Shown in pieces: positions 17,185-36,184 of a stretch of 64,000 nt of DNA. The stretch's first letter is position 1; the number at the start of each line of letters is the position of its first letter. The notes beneath the pieces are model-generated. The model saw only the letters and a list, made by a program, of their open reading frames with translations. It was not told the origin of the DNA and did no database searches. Where the stretch lies: assembly GCF_009914755.1 (NCBI RefSeq), contig NC_060929.1; one strand, given 5' to 3'. The DNA comes from the human T2T-CHM13v2.0 reference genome, Homo sapiens. The translations under genes and the position numbers were made by a program.

Positions 17185-18076
17185 CTAGGAGCCTAAAGTA
17201 ACAAACAACAGGAGTTCTTTGGCAGAACTCCTGGGCAAAAGAGAGCAAAGCTTTAAAGTTCAGCTACAGAGACGGAGGCAATGTGAACTACCATTTAGAT
17301 TTTTTAAAATCCACGTTATTTTAGGGAAATAGAAAGAAATAAACAATTAGTACTTTGATTTTTAAATAATTACTGGTTGGTAATTTTATAATTTAAAAAA
17401 AGCACTTTGATTAATATTGAAAAGTTACATTGGCGGGTAACATCCATCCTTTTGCCCTAAAACTTTTATCTCTATTAGTGGGTAACACATTGGCAACATG
17501 TCTTTAAAACTGATAACTGTGGTTTTTACTGTGTAGTCCTTAAGGTCAAATGACTTTTCCATGAACTGATTCTAATCAACTGAGCATGATGCCTCGCAAT
17601 TTTCATGATGACTAAATGTAAATTGATAACATCTCTTTTTCTTCTTGACTCTATTCGAAATTCTATCCTTTCAATCTCCCTTTAATATGATTTTTTAATT
17701 GAATAAATAACATTATAGGAAAATAAACACAGAATTTCTTGGTATAGCAACTATCAGTTTTTTGAAATCATCTTCTAAACCTTACCAACACATAGACAGT
17801 TTTACAGTTTTAATCAGTGAATATATGCAGTTTGTATTTATCTTTTTTATGAGTATTTCTTTTTCACATATCTATACAATTTCCTACTTATTATTTTAGT
17901 GATAACCTGCTATTAGATGAAACTGATGTACCATAGTTTCCATCACCATTTCCCAACTTTTAGGCACTGGGGTTGTTTCTAGCCTTCCACAATTTTAAAC
18001 AATGCTACTATAAACACCTGTGTAAAATTTTAAAAATTTTCCTTATGCTAATGAACTTGTATAATCATGTTTATAG

Positions 18077-18430
<354 letters not shown>

Positions 18431-19159
18431 AGAAAAAAATAACTCTTATATTTTCACAGGGTTTTACAATTTATAAAGCATTTTCACAAAAATAGCTTTG
18501 TTTAATCTTGATATTAGCACCAGGAGATATATTTCTTTCTCTGAAGGTCCATTAGCACCAGGCTTTAAAGGTTTTGCTAATGGAGAGCGAATGAACCCAG
18601 AAGGAAGAAGTGACGCAGAAGCAGTGGGAATCAAAGAGTTTGATAAATATGCTGGTAAACCTAAATGAATAATGCTGGTTTAAAAATAACTGATTTCATT
18701 TGTTTTGTTTCTTATTTGAAGACAATGAGGAACAAAAATGCTAAATAGTGATAATGTGGAAGGTGGGGGGTGATCTTCTGGCACATTTTACAGTCCTTGT
18801 ATTGTTCAGAAGGATCCTAATGATATTAACTCTGGACTTCAAAATAGTAATGTGAAAAATTTAAGAGTGCCCAGTAAAAGAATAGAAATAGAATGTGTAT
18901 TTTCCAAATCAGTAGAGTAAAACAAGGAATAAAGAAAGCTTGGATATTCTACAAAGCAGGAAAGGAGACAAAGAAACAAAGAAAAAGCACAGGAATAAGA
19001 CATATGCCTAAATTTACCAGCAATCACAGTAATTGAAAACAGATGAAAGTCATTTATTAAAAGGCAAATACTATAAAATTGCATTAGAAATCATCTATCA
19101 GCTATTTTCAAGAGATACACAATGCAAAACAACATAGGAAGTTTGGATGCAAAGATACA

Positions 19160-19713
19160 TAGCAGGTCCTAGAATAACTTTGTTATAACATTCACGAGAA
19201 AACAATAATTAATTCTTGGCCAGGCTGTGTGGAGTTTGCACATTTCCTAATGTCTGTGTGGGGTTTCTCTGGGTACTCCAGTTTCCTCTCACATCCCAAA
19301 TATGTGCATGTGAGGTGAATTGGCATGTCTACATAGTCCCAGTCTGCGTGTGTGTGTGTGTGTGTGCATGCATGTGTGTGTGTTCTGTGATGGAATGGCA
19401 TCCTGTTCAGGGTTGGTGCCCACCTCGCACCCTGAGCTGATGGGAAAAGCTCCAGCCACCTGCAAACTTGAACTGGAATAGTTGGGCAAATACTTATTTT
19501 ACTTGCTTTTATGAATCTTTCTTAAATGTATCTATTGCTCACATTTGTTTCAATGTTTAATATTGAATAGAAGTGTTTTCATCTTTATTTATAAGTTTGA
19601 TGATATTTTTATGACCAAAAATATGTTCTACGAACTTGTCTCTTGTTTATATCAACTAGCCTATGATAAAATTGGTTTCACTTCCCTTAAATTGCAATTT
19701 CTAAGAACGAATC
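19160..19713. mobile_element. Second MER6/MER6A copy, same orientation, one end truncated
   Basis: Homologous to 16281-16846 but with different internal deletions. Confidence 0.75.
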
Positions 19714-19807
19714 CATACTAGTCAAAAGAAAGCTCATGTACCAATATTAATATCAGAAAAAAGGGAGAATTATGTTAGAAAGTATTGTAAGAATAAAGAG
19801 GTTCTCA

Positions 19808-20242
<435 letters not shown>

Positions 20243-20559
20243 TCACTGATTTGCCTTTTTATTTTAGGGATTAATCATTTTGATTACAAATCTTTTCCAC
20301 CCCAATCCTAGAGCTTTTATCTTAGTTTTATAGTTTCCATTGTTACAAAGTTGAAATTTTTTTGTAATGGAACCTGGTTACCTTGGCATGTCCATTTTTT
20401 TCCTTCAACTCACTATTTTTTTTCTGAAGTATTTTAAATTACAGACAACATGACACACTATCACTAATACTTCCATATGCATCTCAAAAAAGATCATTTT
20501 CTTACATAGCAAAATATTATCACACCAAATACAATGAAATTAACAAGAATTATTATTAT

Positions 20560-20797
20560 TTTTGAGATAGAGTCCTGCTCTGTCACCCAGGCTGGAGTGC
20601 AGTGGCGTGATCTTGGCTCACTGCAACCTCTACCTCCCGGGTTCAGCGATTTTCCTGCCTCAGCCTCCTGAGTAGCTAGGACTACAGGTGCATGCCACCA
20701 GGCCCGGCTAATTTTTTGCATTTTTAGTAGAGACGGGGTTTCACCGTGTTAGCCAGGATGGTCTCAATCTCCTGGCCTCATGATCCGCCTGCCTCAG
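20560..20797 (-). mobile_element. 5'-truncated Alu
   Basis: Antisense Alu lacking its first ~40 nt. Confidence 0.9.
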
Positions 20798-21464
20798 AGA
20801 ATTTTTTTATTATCTAATTTCCAGTCTACATTGAAATTTCCCTACTTATCTCCCAAATTTCCTTCACACATCTATGGCAAAACCAGTTTCCAAACTAGGA
20901 CCATGCATTCCATTGGGGTGGTATGTATCTCAAATCTCTTAATTTGCAACAAAATGTTTTTTAATAAGTCTTTTAAAATCTACAATAGTCTTTGCTTTAA
21001 TGATAATGATCTCCTGAGAGCCTGTGCCAGTGTCTTGTAACAGTTTCTAGCTTCTGGATTTGCCTTTTCCAACCCTGTGTTGCTGTTAGCTTAATCCTTG
21101 TAATTCCTGTGAACTGAAAGTTACATCTAAAGGTATGATTAGATTCAAGTTCAACTTTTTTCCGTTTTTAAGAAAGCAAAACTGCATAAGAGATAATGTT
21201 GGGTACTTCATGCTAAGACCAGAGACGAGCAATATCTTATCTCAGTGATTGCTAATTTCTTATGCTACTTTGGGTCATAAAATTCCCCTTTAAAAGTAGA
21301 GGTAATTACATTTCTTGCTTCTTCTTTTATTGCTTCCCGAAATATCTTTCTGAAATTTTATCCACCAGAACTTACAGTGGTAAGTAAAGTAAAGTGTAGA
21401 TTTGCTTTTTTCTTCCTACTGATATCCAAGTCTCCACAGTATTCATTTAAATGGTCTTGGTGGT

Positions 21465-21769
21465 GGCCGGGCACGCTGGCTCACGCCTGTAATCCCAGCA
21501 CTTTGGGAGCCCGAGGCGGGCGGATCGCGAGGTCAGGGGATAGAGACCATCCTGGCTAACACGGTGAAACCCCGTCTCTACTAAAAATACAAAAATTAGC
21601 CGGGCGCGGTGGCGGGCGCCTGTAGTCCCAGCTACAGTCCTCAGAGGCTGAGGCAGTAGAATGGCGTGAACCCGGGAGGCGGAGCTTCCAGTGAGCTGAG
21701 ATCGCGCCACTGCACTCCAACCTGGGCAACAGAGAGAGACTCCGTCTTAAAAAAAAAAAAAAAAAAAAA
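21465..21769 (+). mobile_element. AluY
   Basis: CpG-rich young Alu; TSD GGTCTTGGTGGT. Confidence 0.95.
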
Positions 21770-21891
21770 GGTCTTGGTGGTTTACACAAATGTTTATATT
21801 TGCCAAAACACATGGAATTGTACCCTGGAAAAGGGTGAATTTTACTGTATGTTAATTATGCTTCAATAAATCTGACTTAAAAAATGGTCTT

Positions 21892-23665
<1,774 letters not shown>

Positions 23666-24204
23666 GGTCTTTCGTCTTTTCCCATTGTTTTATTACATTT
23701 GCTTTGCCAAGTAAGACATTCCTATATAATTTTAATGTTTTGTTCCATTAGTTATTTTAACTATTTTGTAATAACTGACACTTTCCGGTTTTTTTAACCT
23801 GGTACAGCAAGAGACTATTTCTCACTGGTCTTCCCCACTTGCATCCTTTGGCACATACATTTATGTATTAGGTTCTGTAAATTATTTGCTTGGGATTGTA
23901 TGACTGGAGAAACATTTCCTACATTTTTCCAAGGCAGGCAGAGGCAAATTATACCACTACAGTAATTCCAAATTTGTGTTTCATTTAAATGTCCTCCACT
24001 ATTGTTTCAGTAATTTTTATGTATGTTTCTCTAGGCCCTTAAATGTGATATCCCTCCATTAAGTTTGTTTCCAAGAAAGCAATATTCTCAGTTACTTCTG
24101 AGACAGGTAACTTCTCTTTCCCTTATTTTTAAAGATATCTATTGCTGGGAGCACTGATCGGAATGGATTACCTCTACATTCTTCATATTTGCAGACTGCT
24201 TTTA

Positions 24205-24549
24205 GTTTTAGTTCCCAGACTTTTGGTCTTAAAGACGCCTTTACACTAAAAAATTACGGGGGACCTCAAAGAGCGTGTACGTGAGTTATAATTATCAACA
24301 TTTACTCAATTAGAAATTAAAATTGGTATTTCTAAGCGCAAGAATACACATGCGCACATTCCATTAACCGCCACTGCAATGGCGTCATCACATGTTATGT
24401 GATCACTGGAAATTACTACACGAACGTTAGAGAGAGAATGAGAATGAAAAGGAAAATAGTTTTGACATGAACTGACCCCGCTTCCTGGGTCTCCAATCCA
24501 CCCCACCACTACCCCCATTCCAGGAGTCCCAGGATCAAGCTTTGGGAAG

Positions 24550-24555
<6 letters not shown>
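24205..24555. mobile_element. Charlie1-like hAT DNA transposon remnant abutting the RAD50 CpG island
   Basis: TTCCCAGACTTTTGGTCT...CCTTTACACTAAAAAATTA and AAAATAGTTTTGAC...CTTTGGGAAGCGC resemble Charlie1 ends. Confidence 0.55.
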
Positions 24556-25520
<965 letters not shown>

Positions 25521-26230
25521 GAGTTCAGTTCCCACTGGATGCCCTTTGGTCTGTATTGATGTTTTTAACGCTGTCTCCTTGCTTTCAAAGCATAGCATTC
25601 ACTTCCCAGTAGTTGTCCCATACAAGAATTCCTTTAAAAGTTATAAAATGATACATACATGACTAAAGAGTTTCCAAGTATGCCAACTGTCCAGACATAA
25701 TACATGGAAAATAAATAAATTCAAAATGTAACTGATGTAGTGGGGCTTAACTTGGAAAACTTCTCTTCTTAAAACTCAGTCAAAAATTTAACGTTGGTGC
25801 ACGACTGACTTTTTTTTTTTTTTAAAGCCGTGGGAATATTTATAAATTTGAATGGAAAGAATAACCAAGAGGCATTCTGGTCAGGAATAGTGGCTTAAGA
25901 AAAAGCAAGACGATGTCAGTATAGCAGGGAGAAGAGTCTAAAGGAAGGATTTGTGAAGAGTGTAGAAAGAGAGAAGGTTGAGAATTGAATGCCAAACTTG
26001 TTTACTTTTGTTTTTGTAAAAATGTTATTTGTTGAATGCTTGTTATGTACTTAGGATTGTACTAAATACTAGCAGAAGGGAGAGTAGTACTGTATAGTGT
26101 TTATGAGGACTGGCTGCCTCAATACAGCTTTTTCGCTTCATTTATTAGTTGTCTGATTGTTTGCGAGTGACCTCACTGCTCTGTGCCTTAGTTTTCTCAT
26201 TTATAAAATGGAGATTAAAAATAGTTTCTA

Positions 26231-26720
<490 letters not shown>

Positions 26721-27085
26721 TTCCTACAGCCTGGAGTTAATGTGAGAATTAAATAAATGTATGTAAGAGTGCTTAGTACAATACAGTACTTAACTGTTAG
26801 CCATTCTTATTATTAACTTAAATTAGTTTAAAGGGTTTCAGTTGAAAATAATTATTTTTTTCCCAAGTAACAATTCTTCATATTAGGATAACTTCTTAGT
26901 TATATAGCATTTCTGTGAACTTACAGCATTAACACTTAATCATATTTTTATTACAGGTTTTATAATGTCAGATTTTATCTTTTATAGTTTCCATGATAAA
27001 TAATATTTTTGTAATGAATTCATATTTTATGGTAAACTTCTGTGGTTCTCTTATAACGAAATAATGTAATTTTCTATTTCTTTAG

Positions 27086-27253
<168 letters not shown>

Positions 27254-27853
27254 TAAAGAGAAATGAAAGTCAGCCCCACACAGTTTTAGCACCCAGTAGT
27301 AACCGTTGTTGACATTTTCATGTGTTTTCCTCCTCCTTTAAATACTGTTTTATATAGCTGATGTCATACTCTTAATTTTGTATTCTGGGTTTTTTTCCCC
27401 ACTTAACATTATCATGAAGTCCTATGTCATTAAAAAACTATCATCTGGGTGTTTGGTATGTAAGTGTTTCTTTTAATCTTTATACTGCTTTGTATGTCTG
27501 AGATATTTTCTACTTAAAGTGCATGAACACTTTAGTAGTTATGTAATTTTCTTACATTAGATTGCTTTCAGTTTTTCATTAAAATGTACCATGATAAGCC
27601 AGGCTTGGGGGTGTGTGCCAATACTCCCAGATAGCTCTAGAGGCTGAGATGGGAGGATTGCTTCAGCCCAGGAGTTCAAGGCTAGCCTGGACAATATAGT
27701 GAGACCCACTGTCTAGAAAAAAAAGTATCATGATAAAAATCTTTGTGTATGAATCATTGTTTGAATTATGGTGTTTATACTATTCGTATGTGTAAAGGAC
27801 ATAGAATTTGGTCTATAGGTTTGTTTTTGCACATATAGAAGTGAAACAACAAT

Positions 27854-27890
<37 letters not shown>
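27854..27890. repeat. Compound microsatellite (AC)13(TA)5
   Basis: Read directly. Confidence 0.95.
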
Positions 27891-27891
<1 letters not shown>

Positions 27892-29001
27892 TTTATTCGT
27901 TTTTAGTGGGGTCATGTGCCTCTCTAGCCGCTCCCTGACCCCAGTTCCACTATGTTTTCGTTACGTATTCTTCCAAGCTTTTTTCTGCTTATAAAACCAT
28001 GTCTACGTGAGCACATAAATGCATTCACACATACATATTTTAGCACATTAATATAATTTTATACTTCTATTTTATTGTTTTTAATTAGTAAATTGTATTC
28101 CATTGAGTTTATATCCTGTAGTTTATTAAATGACCCCCTGTTGATTATTATTTGTTTCTACCTTAGTGTGATTAAAGATAACTCTGTAATTATGAAAATA
28201 TTTATGAATTTTCCTCTTAGAAATGTAATAGTATTTAGTACATTTACTGAGTCCTCTCCATAATGACTGTTTCCCACCTTCTCTCTCCTTAAATCTACAA
28301 TCTACTTTCCTTAATTGATGATCTTGCTTTGTACTTTATTGAGAAATAGGAAGAATCAAATGAGAATTCCCTTATTTTCCAATCATCACATCTACGAAAC
28401 TACTGTACATACGTGCCCATACTGTTTTTTCTTGGATAAATTATTTGTTGTTTTATCTAAACATGAACCAGCTCCTTGGAGGCTAGATCTCATTGATCCC
28501 TCTTATCCACCCAAGGATTTTGCCCTTCAGTTTTTCCATCTCTCTCCTGGATCAGCAGTTTCTCTTGATGGATCATTCACATCAGCATATAAACATGCTC
28601 TGGTATCTCTAGTCTTCAAACAAAAAACTCTCCCTTTACTCCAATTTACCCTCTAGCCATTACCTTTTCTCTGTTCCAATATATTTCAAAATTCATAAGA
28701 TTTGTATGTCCTCATTGTCTTTACTTCATTGACTCCCATTTTTCCCTCAATCTACTCCATTCAGGTTTTCTTTTTTTCCTCCACTAAAAGTGCCTTTGTA
28801 AGGTCACCAATAATCTCAATGTGCCAGATAGAGTGGTCAGTTTCTAATTCTCATTAACATCTTGTCAGATTTGACACAGTTGGCTATTTCTTTTTTAAAA
28901 TATATTTCCTTCTTGGCTTTTGTGACACTATAATCTCATAGTTTCCTTCTTTCTCACTGGCTATACTTTAGTCTTTGTTGGGTCTACCTTTGCTTGATTT
29001 C

Positions 29002-29296
29002 TTTTTTTTTATGAGACGGAGTCTTGCACTGTTGCCCAGGCTGGAGTGCAGTGTGGCATGATCTTGGCTTACTGCAACCTCTGTCTCTCAGGTTCAAGCT
29101 ATTCTTGTGCCTTAGCCTCTTGAGTAGCTGGGATTACGGGTGTGCCACCACACCCAGCTAATTTTTGTATTTTTAGCAGAGACGGGGTTTCATCATGTTG
29201 GCCAGGCTGGTCTCAACCTCCTCACCTCAGGTGATCCACCTGCCTCAGTCTCCCAAAGTGCTGGGATTACAGATGTGAGCCACTGCACCCAACCTG
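29002..29296 (-). mobile_element. AluS within an L2 fragment
   Basis: TSD TGCTTGATTTCT. Confidence 0.92.
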
Positions 29297-31532
29297 CTTG
29301 ATTTCTAAAAGCCAGTGTGACACAAGAGTTGGCCATCTTTGCATTAACCCTCTTCCCTATCTCTCTTGGATGAGCTTATTCAGTCTAACGGCTTTAAGTA
29401 CTGGTTATGTGCTGGTAACTACCACATTTATATATTTGACCCTGACTTCTTTCCTTAACTCTAGACATATATGTCTAGCTGTTTGTTTGGATATTTAATG
29501 GGCATCTCAAATTTAACATGTTCAAAACAGAACTCTTGATTCCTTGTACCCACTTCCTGCCTACATTCTCAGCTCTGTTACTACCTCAGTACCCCACCCC
29601 CGCCAGTTTTGTAAATGATGTCATCATCCCTACATAAGCAATTCTTACCTACCCTTCTAAAATATGTCAGAATTTGTCTACTTCATTCCATCGGCCACTG
29701 TGTTCCTGTTCCAAGCCACCATCATATTCCCTTTCAACTATTAGAATCGTCTCCTAACTTATTTTCCTGCCCTCATTCTTGAAGCTCTCTCTTTCTCACA
29801 GAGTAATCAGAGTTGTCTTTTAAATATTCATTCAAGAGGGAATGAGTTGTTCAAAATCTGGGAAGAAAACATTTCATTCAGTCTAGTTGCAGAGTCCCTG
29901 AGCATGGTTGGTGTGTTCAAGGAATGACAAGGAAGAACAAGGGAAAATGGTAGAAAATAAAGTTAGAAAGATAGGAGAGACTAGATCCTGTAGGTCCTTG
30001 GATTCTAGTCTTATTTAAATAGGAATCTGTCTATTGGGAGATTTTGAGCAGGGAAAGGACATGGTCTGATTTATCTTTTAAAGTGCTCAGTCTGGTTGCT
30101 GAGAGAAGACTGTCCGTAGGTAGCAAAGATAGGGCAGAGACAAATTAAGAAGATTTTGTGATGATCCAGGTGAGAAATATAGGTGGCTTCATTAAGGTAG
30201 TGGTAGAATGGTGAGAAATGTTTGGATTTAGGATGTATTTTGAAGATAGAACCAACAAATTAGCTAATGGTTTGGATAATGGTGTATGAAAGAAGTAAAA
30301 GCATCAAGCATAACTCCAAAGTTTTTGGCTTGAACAACTGGATAAAATAGTTTTGTCATTTATTATAATAGGGGCACTATGGAAAAAATATTTGGGTGGA
30401 TCTGGTTTAAACATGCAAATTAGGGATATGTGTTAAATATCCAAAGGAGATGTCCAGTTGGCAAGCAGAAGTCTGTTCAGGAAAGAGATTAGGACTGGAG
30501 AAAGAAAATTAGGAATCATTAGTGTATACAGGTAGTTCCACATAGTTAATTTTTAAAGCCTGATGAGATCAAATAGAGAGTGAATATGGAAAAGATATTC
30601 AAGACCTTAACCTAGAGCACTAGAGCCGATGATGCCTTTAGAAATTGGGAAGAGGAGGAGAAGCTAGTAAAAGAGCAATTCGTTAAGTAAGGAAAACTGA
30701 GAGAGTGGTGTCTTGGAAGACAAGAGAATAAAGTGTTATAAGGAGGAAATCATCAACTGTGTCAAATATGTTGATAGCTCAAGAAAGAAGAGGAGTGTTT
30801 GGATATGTGGAGTCCGTTGTTGCTCTTGACAAAACCAGTTCCAGTAATCAGAGAAAAGATAAAGAAGTGAAACAGAATTATTTTATGAATTTTGTTGTAA
30901 GTGGACACAGACATAGGACAGTAGCTGAAGAGGTTAACAGGATAAAGGAAAGTTTTGTTGTTGTTGTTTTATTGTGTTTTTAAAAGTGGGATATACTAGA
31001 GCATTTGTAGACTGTTGGGAATGACTCTGGACAGAAACATTGATGCAGGAGAGGGGATAATTACAGAGCACAATTCTTGAGTAGGCAAAAAGAGATAAGA
31101 TCCATTGCCCAACTGGAGGGGATACCAGGAACATCCACTGTTATCCATTGTAACAGGGATTTAGGCAGATTATATGATTGGAAACTTTAGTGGTGAAAGA
31201 ATGAGTAAGTTCTCTTTTGATTGCTTTTATATTCTCAAATGAAAAAAGAAATGAAGTTACTGGTTGAGAGTGGCAGAAGGGGTTGATTGAGCCTAGAAAA
31301 CATAGAATAGTTTTTAACCTCAGTAAGTAAATTGATTAAGGGAGGTGTTCTGGGATTACATGACAGTGTCAGGGGTTTTGTGAAAATTTAAAGAGAGACC
31401 AGCCATCATGGTTATGTATGTTTTTTCAGTCTTGTTCAGCCCAAGCACTGAATAAATTGGAAAGTTGCATTTATCCATGGTTGGGGATTTGGTAAATACT
31501 ATGAAGGTAATGAGAAGCAAGGAATTGAGTAC

Positions 31533-33131
31533 CGATATGGTTTGAATTTGTATCTGCCCAAATCTCATGTCAAATTGTAACCCCCATTGTTGGAGGAGGG
31601 GCCTGGTGGGAGGTGATTGAATCATGGAGGTGGATTTCCCCCTTGCAGTTCTTGTGATAGTAAGTTCTCATGAGATCTGATTGTTTAAAAGTGTGTAGCA
31701 CCTCCCCCTTCACTCTCTTCCTCCTGTTCTGGCCGTGTAAGATGTGCCAGCCTCCTCTTCACCTTCTGCCATGATTGTAAGTTTCCTGAGGCCTCCGCAG
31801 TCATGCTTCCTGTACAGCCTGCAGAACCGTGAGCCAATTAAACCTCTTTTCTTTAACCAGTTTCAGGTATTTCTTTGTAGCAGTGAGAAAACAGACTAAT
31901 GCAGAAAGTTGGTACCGAGAGTAGGGTATTGCTATAAAGATAGCTGAAAATGTGGAAGTGACTTTGGAACTGGGTAATGGGTAGAGGTTGGAACAGTTTG
32001 GAGGGCTCAAAAGAAGACAGGAAGATGAGGAAAAGTTTGGAACTTCCTAGAGACTTGTTAAATTATTTTGACCAAAATGCTGACAGTGATATGAATAATG
32101 AAGTCTAGGCTGAGGAGGTCTCAGATGGAGATAAGGAGCTTACTGAGAACTGGAGTAAAGGTCACTCTTGCGATGCTTTAGCAAAGAGACTGGCAGCATT
32201 GTGCCCCTGCTCTAGGAATCTGTGGAACTTTGAACTTGAAAGAGATGATTTAGAGTATTTGGTGGAAGAAATTTCCAGGCAGCAAAACTTTCAACATGTG
32301 GCCTGGCTGCTTCTAGCAGTATATGCTCATATGTGCAAGCAAAGAGATCTGAAACTGGAACTTATATTTAAAAGGGAAGCAGAGCATAAAAGTTTGGAAA
32401 ATTTGCACCCTGATCATGTGGTAGAAAAGAAAAACCCATTTTCTGGGGAGGAATTCAAGCCGGCTGCAGAAATTTGCATAAGTAAAGAGGAGCAGAATGT
32501 TTAATAGCCAAGACACTGGGGAAAATGGCTAGAAGGCATTTCAGAGATCTTCACAGCAGCCCCTCCCATTACAGGACACTACTCCCTGTGTTTCAGCCAC
32601 TCCAGCTCCAGCCATGGCTAAAAGGGCCCCAGATATATCTTAAGCTGCTGCTCCAGAGGCTGCAAGCTGTAAGCCTTGGCAGCTTCCACATGGTGTTAAG
32701 CCTGGGGTTGCGCAGAGAACAAGAGTTGAGGCTTGGGAGCCTCCACCTAGATTTCAGGGGATGTATGGAAACGTCTGGATGTCCAGGCAGAAGTCTGCAG
32801 GACTTGTTGCAGGAGGGACCTGGTTGGGGTGATTGGATCATGGGGGTAGATTTCCCCCTTGCTGTTCTCATGATAGTGAGTAAATTCTCATGAGATCTGG
32901 TTGTTTAAAAATCTGTCACAATTCCCCCTTTACTCTTTTTCTTCTGCTCCAGCCATGTAAGATGTGCCAGCATCCCCTTTGCCTTCTGCCATGATTGTAA
33001 GTTTCCTGAGGTCTCCCCAGTCTTGCTTCCTGTATAGCATGTGGAACTGTGAGCCAATTAAACCTCCTTTCATTATAAGTTACCCAGTTTCAGGTTTTTT
33101 TTTTATAGCAGTGCAAGAATGTACTTATACA
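31533..33131 (+). mobile_element. MSTA-type MaLR: LTR (31533-31903), partial internal region, 5'-truncated second LTR
   Basis: MSTA LTR consensus twice; MST/THE1 internal ORF relic (CPCSRNLWNFELERDDLEYLVEEISRQQ). Confidence 0.85.
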
Positions 33132-35855
33132 ACCATAATCTTAATATATTGACTTAATCAATCCTCCTGTATGTAATCAATGTCTCATCGTTGCATCAGG
33201 GCCCTAGCACCTCATATGGGCTGACTCCATCCCTGTATGCCAGTCTTCCTTATCCTGCGTAGGCTCTTGACTCTTCATTCTGACTCCCTCATGGGATGCT
33301 TTTCCATTCTGTATACACTTTGACTTCTGGTGCTAGATCATGTCCTCATTCCCCGCCCTTCTCTGATACCAGGTGGCCTCTTGCAGGGATGCCCACTGTA
33401 CTCTGACCTGAATCTCCCCAGATCTGTGTCACTGAGAGGGTCACTCTTCTCAGTCTGATACTTTATACCAGGTGGCTTCTTGCAAGAATGCCGTCTCTAC
33501 TCTATGATCTGACTTCCCCCTAGCCGACTTAACCCTCAGGTGGGCCCCCTTCTCATCATTATCAGGCTCTGAATCCCCACACTATTCCCTGGCGTGGACA
33601 CTCTGCTTCTGAGCTGGATCCCCCCTATTTGTGGATTCCTCTTTCATCCTGCTGGAACTCTGATACCATTGGACTCTTGAAACTCTGTCTATGCCAAGCT
33701 GTTTCCCCATGAGGGTACCCTTCTCAGCCTACTCAAGCTCATTTATTCCACTCTAGGCTGAGTTATAGGTGCCTTAACCTTCAGCTGGCATGAACACGCA
33801 CCTTCTTCTGCCCCACCTAATGGTTTTACAACTAGATTGTTTGGAGAAAGAAGGGTTTTTCTTATTTTTTATTTTATTCTTTTTGATAGAAATTGTTCTG
33901 AAGTATAATACACATTTCTTTGTTTTAATAATTCAATCTAAATTACACTTCACTTTTGAAGTGACTCTTCTTCAATAAGAGTGTCAACAACAATGTAGTG
34001 ATAGAAATGCTACAAGATAGCCCTTGCTTGAATTCTATTTACTAATTTGATGTTTGCCGGGTAGCTAGGTCCTCGAAAAGTAGATGCCATGGAGAAAGAG
34101 TATGTGTATTTGGCTTGCTACTCAGGAACACTGTAAACAAATTAATTTTTTGCTGCATAAATACATAGCTCCTTAGTTCAACTACTGTGGATTAAACCTT
34201 CAGCAGAATGCTCTCCTTATGATGAAATGACAGAGTCAAGTCTGGGCTTTCAAAGCTTTATACTGACCTCTGGCCACCTCCTCATTGAAATGTCTGTATC
34301 CTAAGAGGCTGTTTCTGAGTAGCCAGTTCAGCGACTTCTTCCTCTTTACCTCCATCCTCAACCCTTGTCCAGGCTGCCTTCCTATCTCTCCTCGATTATT
34401 CCCTGCTTCATGTCTTGTCTCAGTTCACTCTGTTCACCCTAAAGACAAAATAATTCTTCTAAAATGCATATCTACTTCATGCAATTCCCCTGGTTCAAAC
34501 CATTTAGTGCCATCACCTTAAATCCAAAAGCCTTACCAAGTTTAGAAGGCTGTTAATTTCTGAAACATTTTAGGTTGATACTCTTCTTTTCCCTACTTTC
34601 TATGCCAAACATTCTGAAATTTCTGTAGTCACGTAGTGACTCAGATCTTCTCATCTGGTTAACTTCTACCCAGATTGGTAGAAGTTTCATTTAAACATTC
34701 ACTTCCTTTAGACTACCTTCCCTGAGCTGTCCTAGATAGGTTAGATGCTCCTGCTTTGTACTCCCAGATTATCCTGTGCTTATGATGGTGTTTAGCACAC
34801 CTTGTCTACATTTAACCTATCTTGCATGCTTCAAAGGAAAAAAAGTCTGTCAGTTTGAACCAAAACAACACATGAAACCTACAAAGTGCCTGTAAATATT
34901 TGTTGAATGATTAATTGAATTAGTATCAAAGTTAAATTCATGCCAAGAAGTCATTAAAAAGTCAGCAAAGGATCTTTAATGATTTTTTTTTTTTAAAGCA
35001 GAATCCAGTACTTGTGATTTGGGTTGCAACAAAATAATGAGTATCACACTTATACTCGCAAGATGAATAACTGTAACACTGGAAAAGTATGTGAAACAAC
35101 TATTTTCAGGCATTGGACCACAGATAATGCAGGGCTATATTCTTTGAGAAAGGAGAAACATAAAAGGTGATTCTGCATTCATTCCAGCTTTCTACCTGGG
35201 AACACTTTGTAAACTTTGGCACATGGAATTGGAATCCAGTAGAGAGCTGGGCAGAATTGGGCATCACTAGGCAGATGAAACAAAGATAGGATTTTGGATT
35301 TGCTAAAGTGACTGGAAATTGTAGAGCAGAGTACTGAAGTAGGGTTGTTGTGCAGAGATGGTGTACCAGAAATCTGCATAAGGATCTTTTGAGTCTTTGG
35401 CCAAATACTAAGCTATCCATGTATAGGATGAGATTTAATGAGGGCTAGTAGAGAACAACTACCAAGGTGGCAAGTGGGGCTGTGAGTGTTGTATTCTAAA
35501 GGTCACACCATGCTGTGAGACATTTGAGTCCTGATGTGCCAGAATGGAGTGACCTTGTGGAACTCTCCAGTGTTCACTTGAGACCTCAGAAAGGCCCACC
35601 TAACAAATACTGAAACCAGGTTTTGATAGAATCAAGCTGAGTTGCCAGTAAATTAACTGGCTGCTAGAACAAAACTCAAGACTTTTTAAAGGAAGCCTAC
35701 TCAGTCGAAGCTCTCAATGTGGCATCTACAATGTGCAGAATATAATTTTAAAAATTAATGGGAATATGCAAAAGAAAATGTGGTCTATACCTGAGAAGGG
35801 AAAAGTGAGTAGAAGCAGATCCAGAGATGACAGATTTTGGAATTAGCAGACAAGG

Positions 35856-36184
<329 letters not shown>

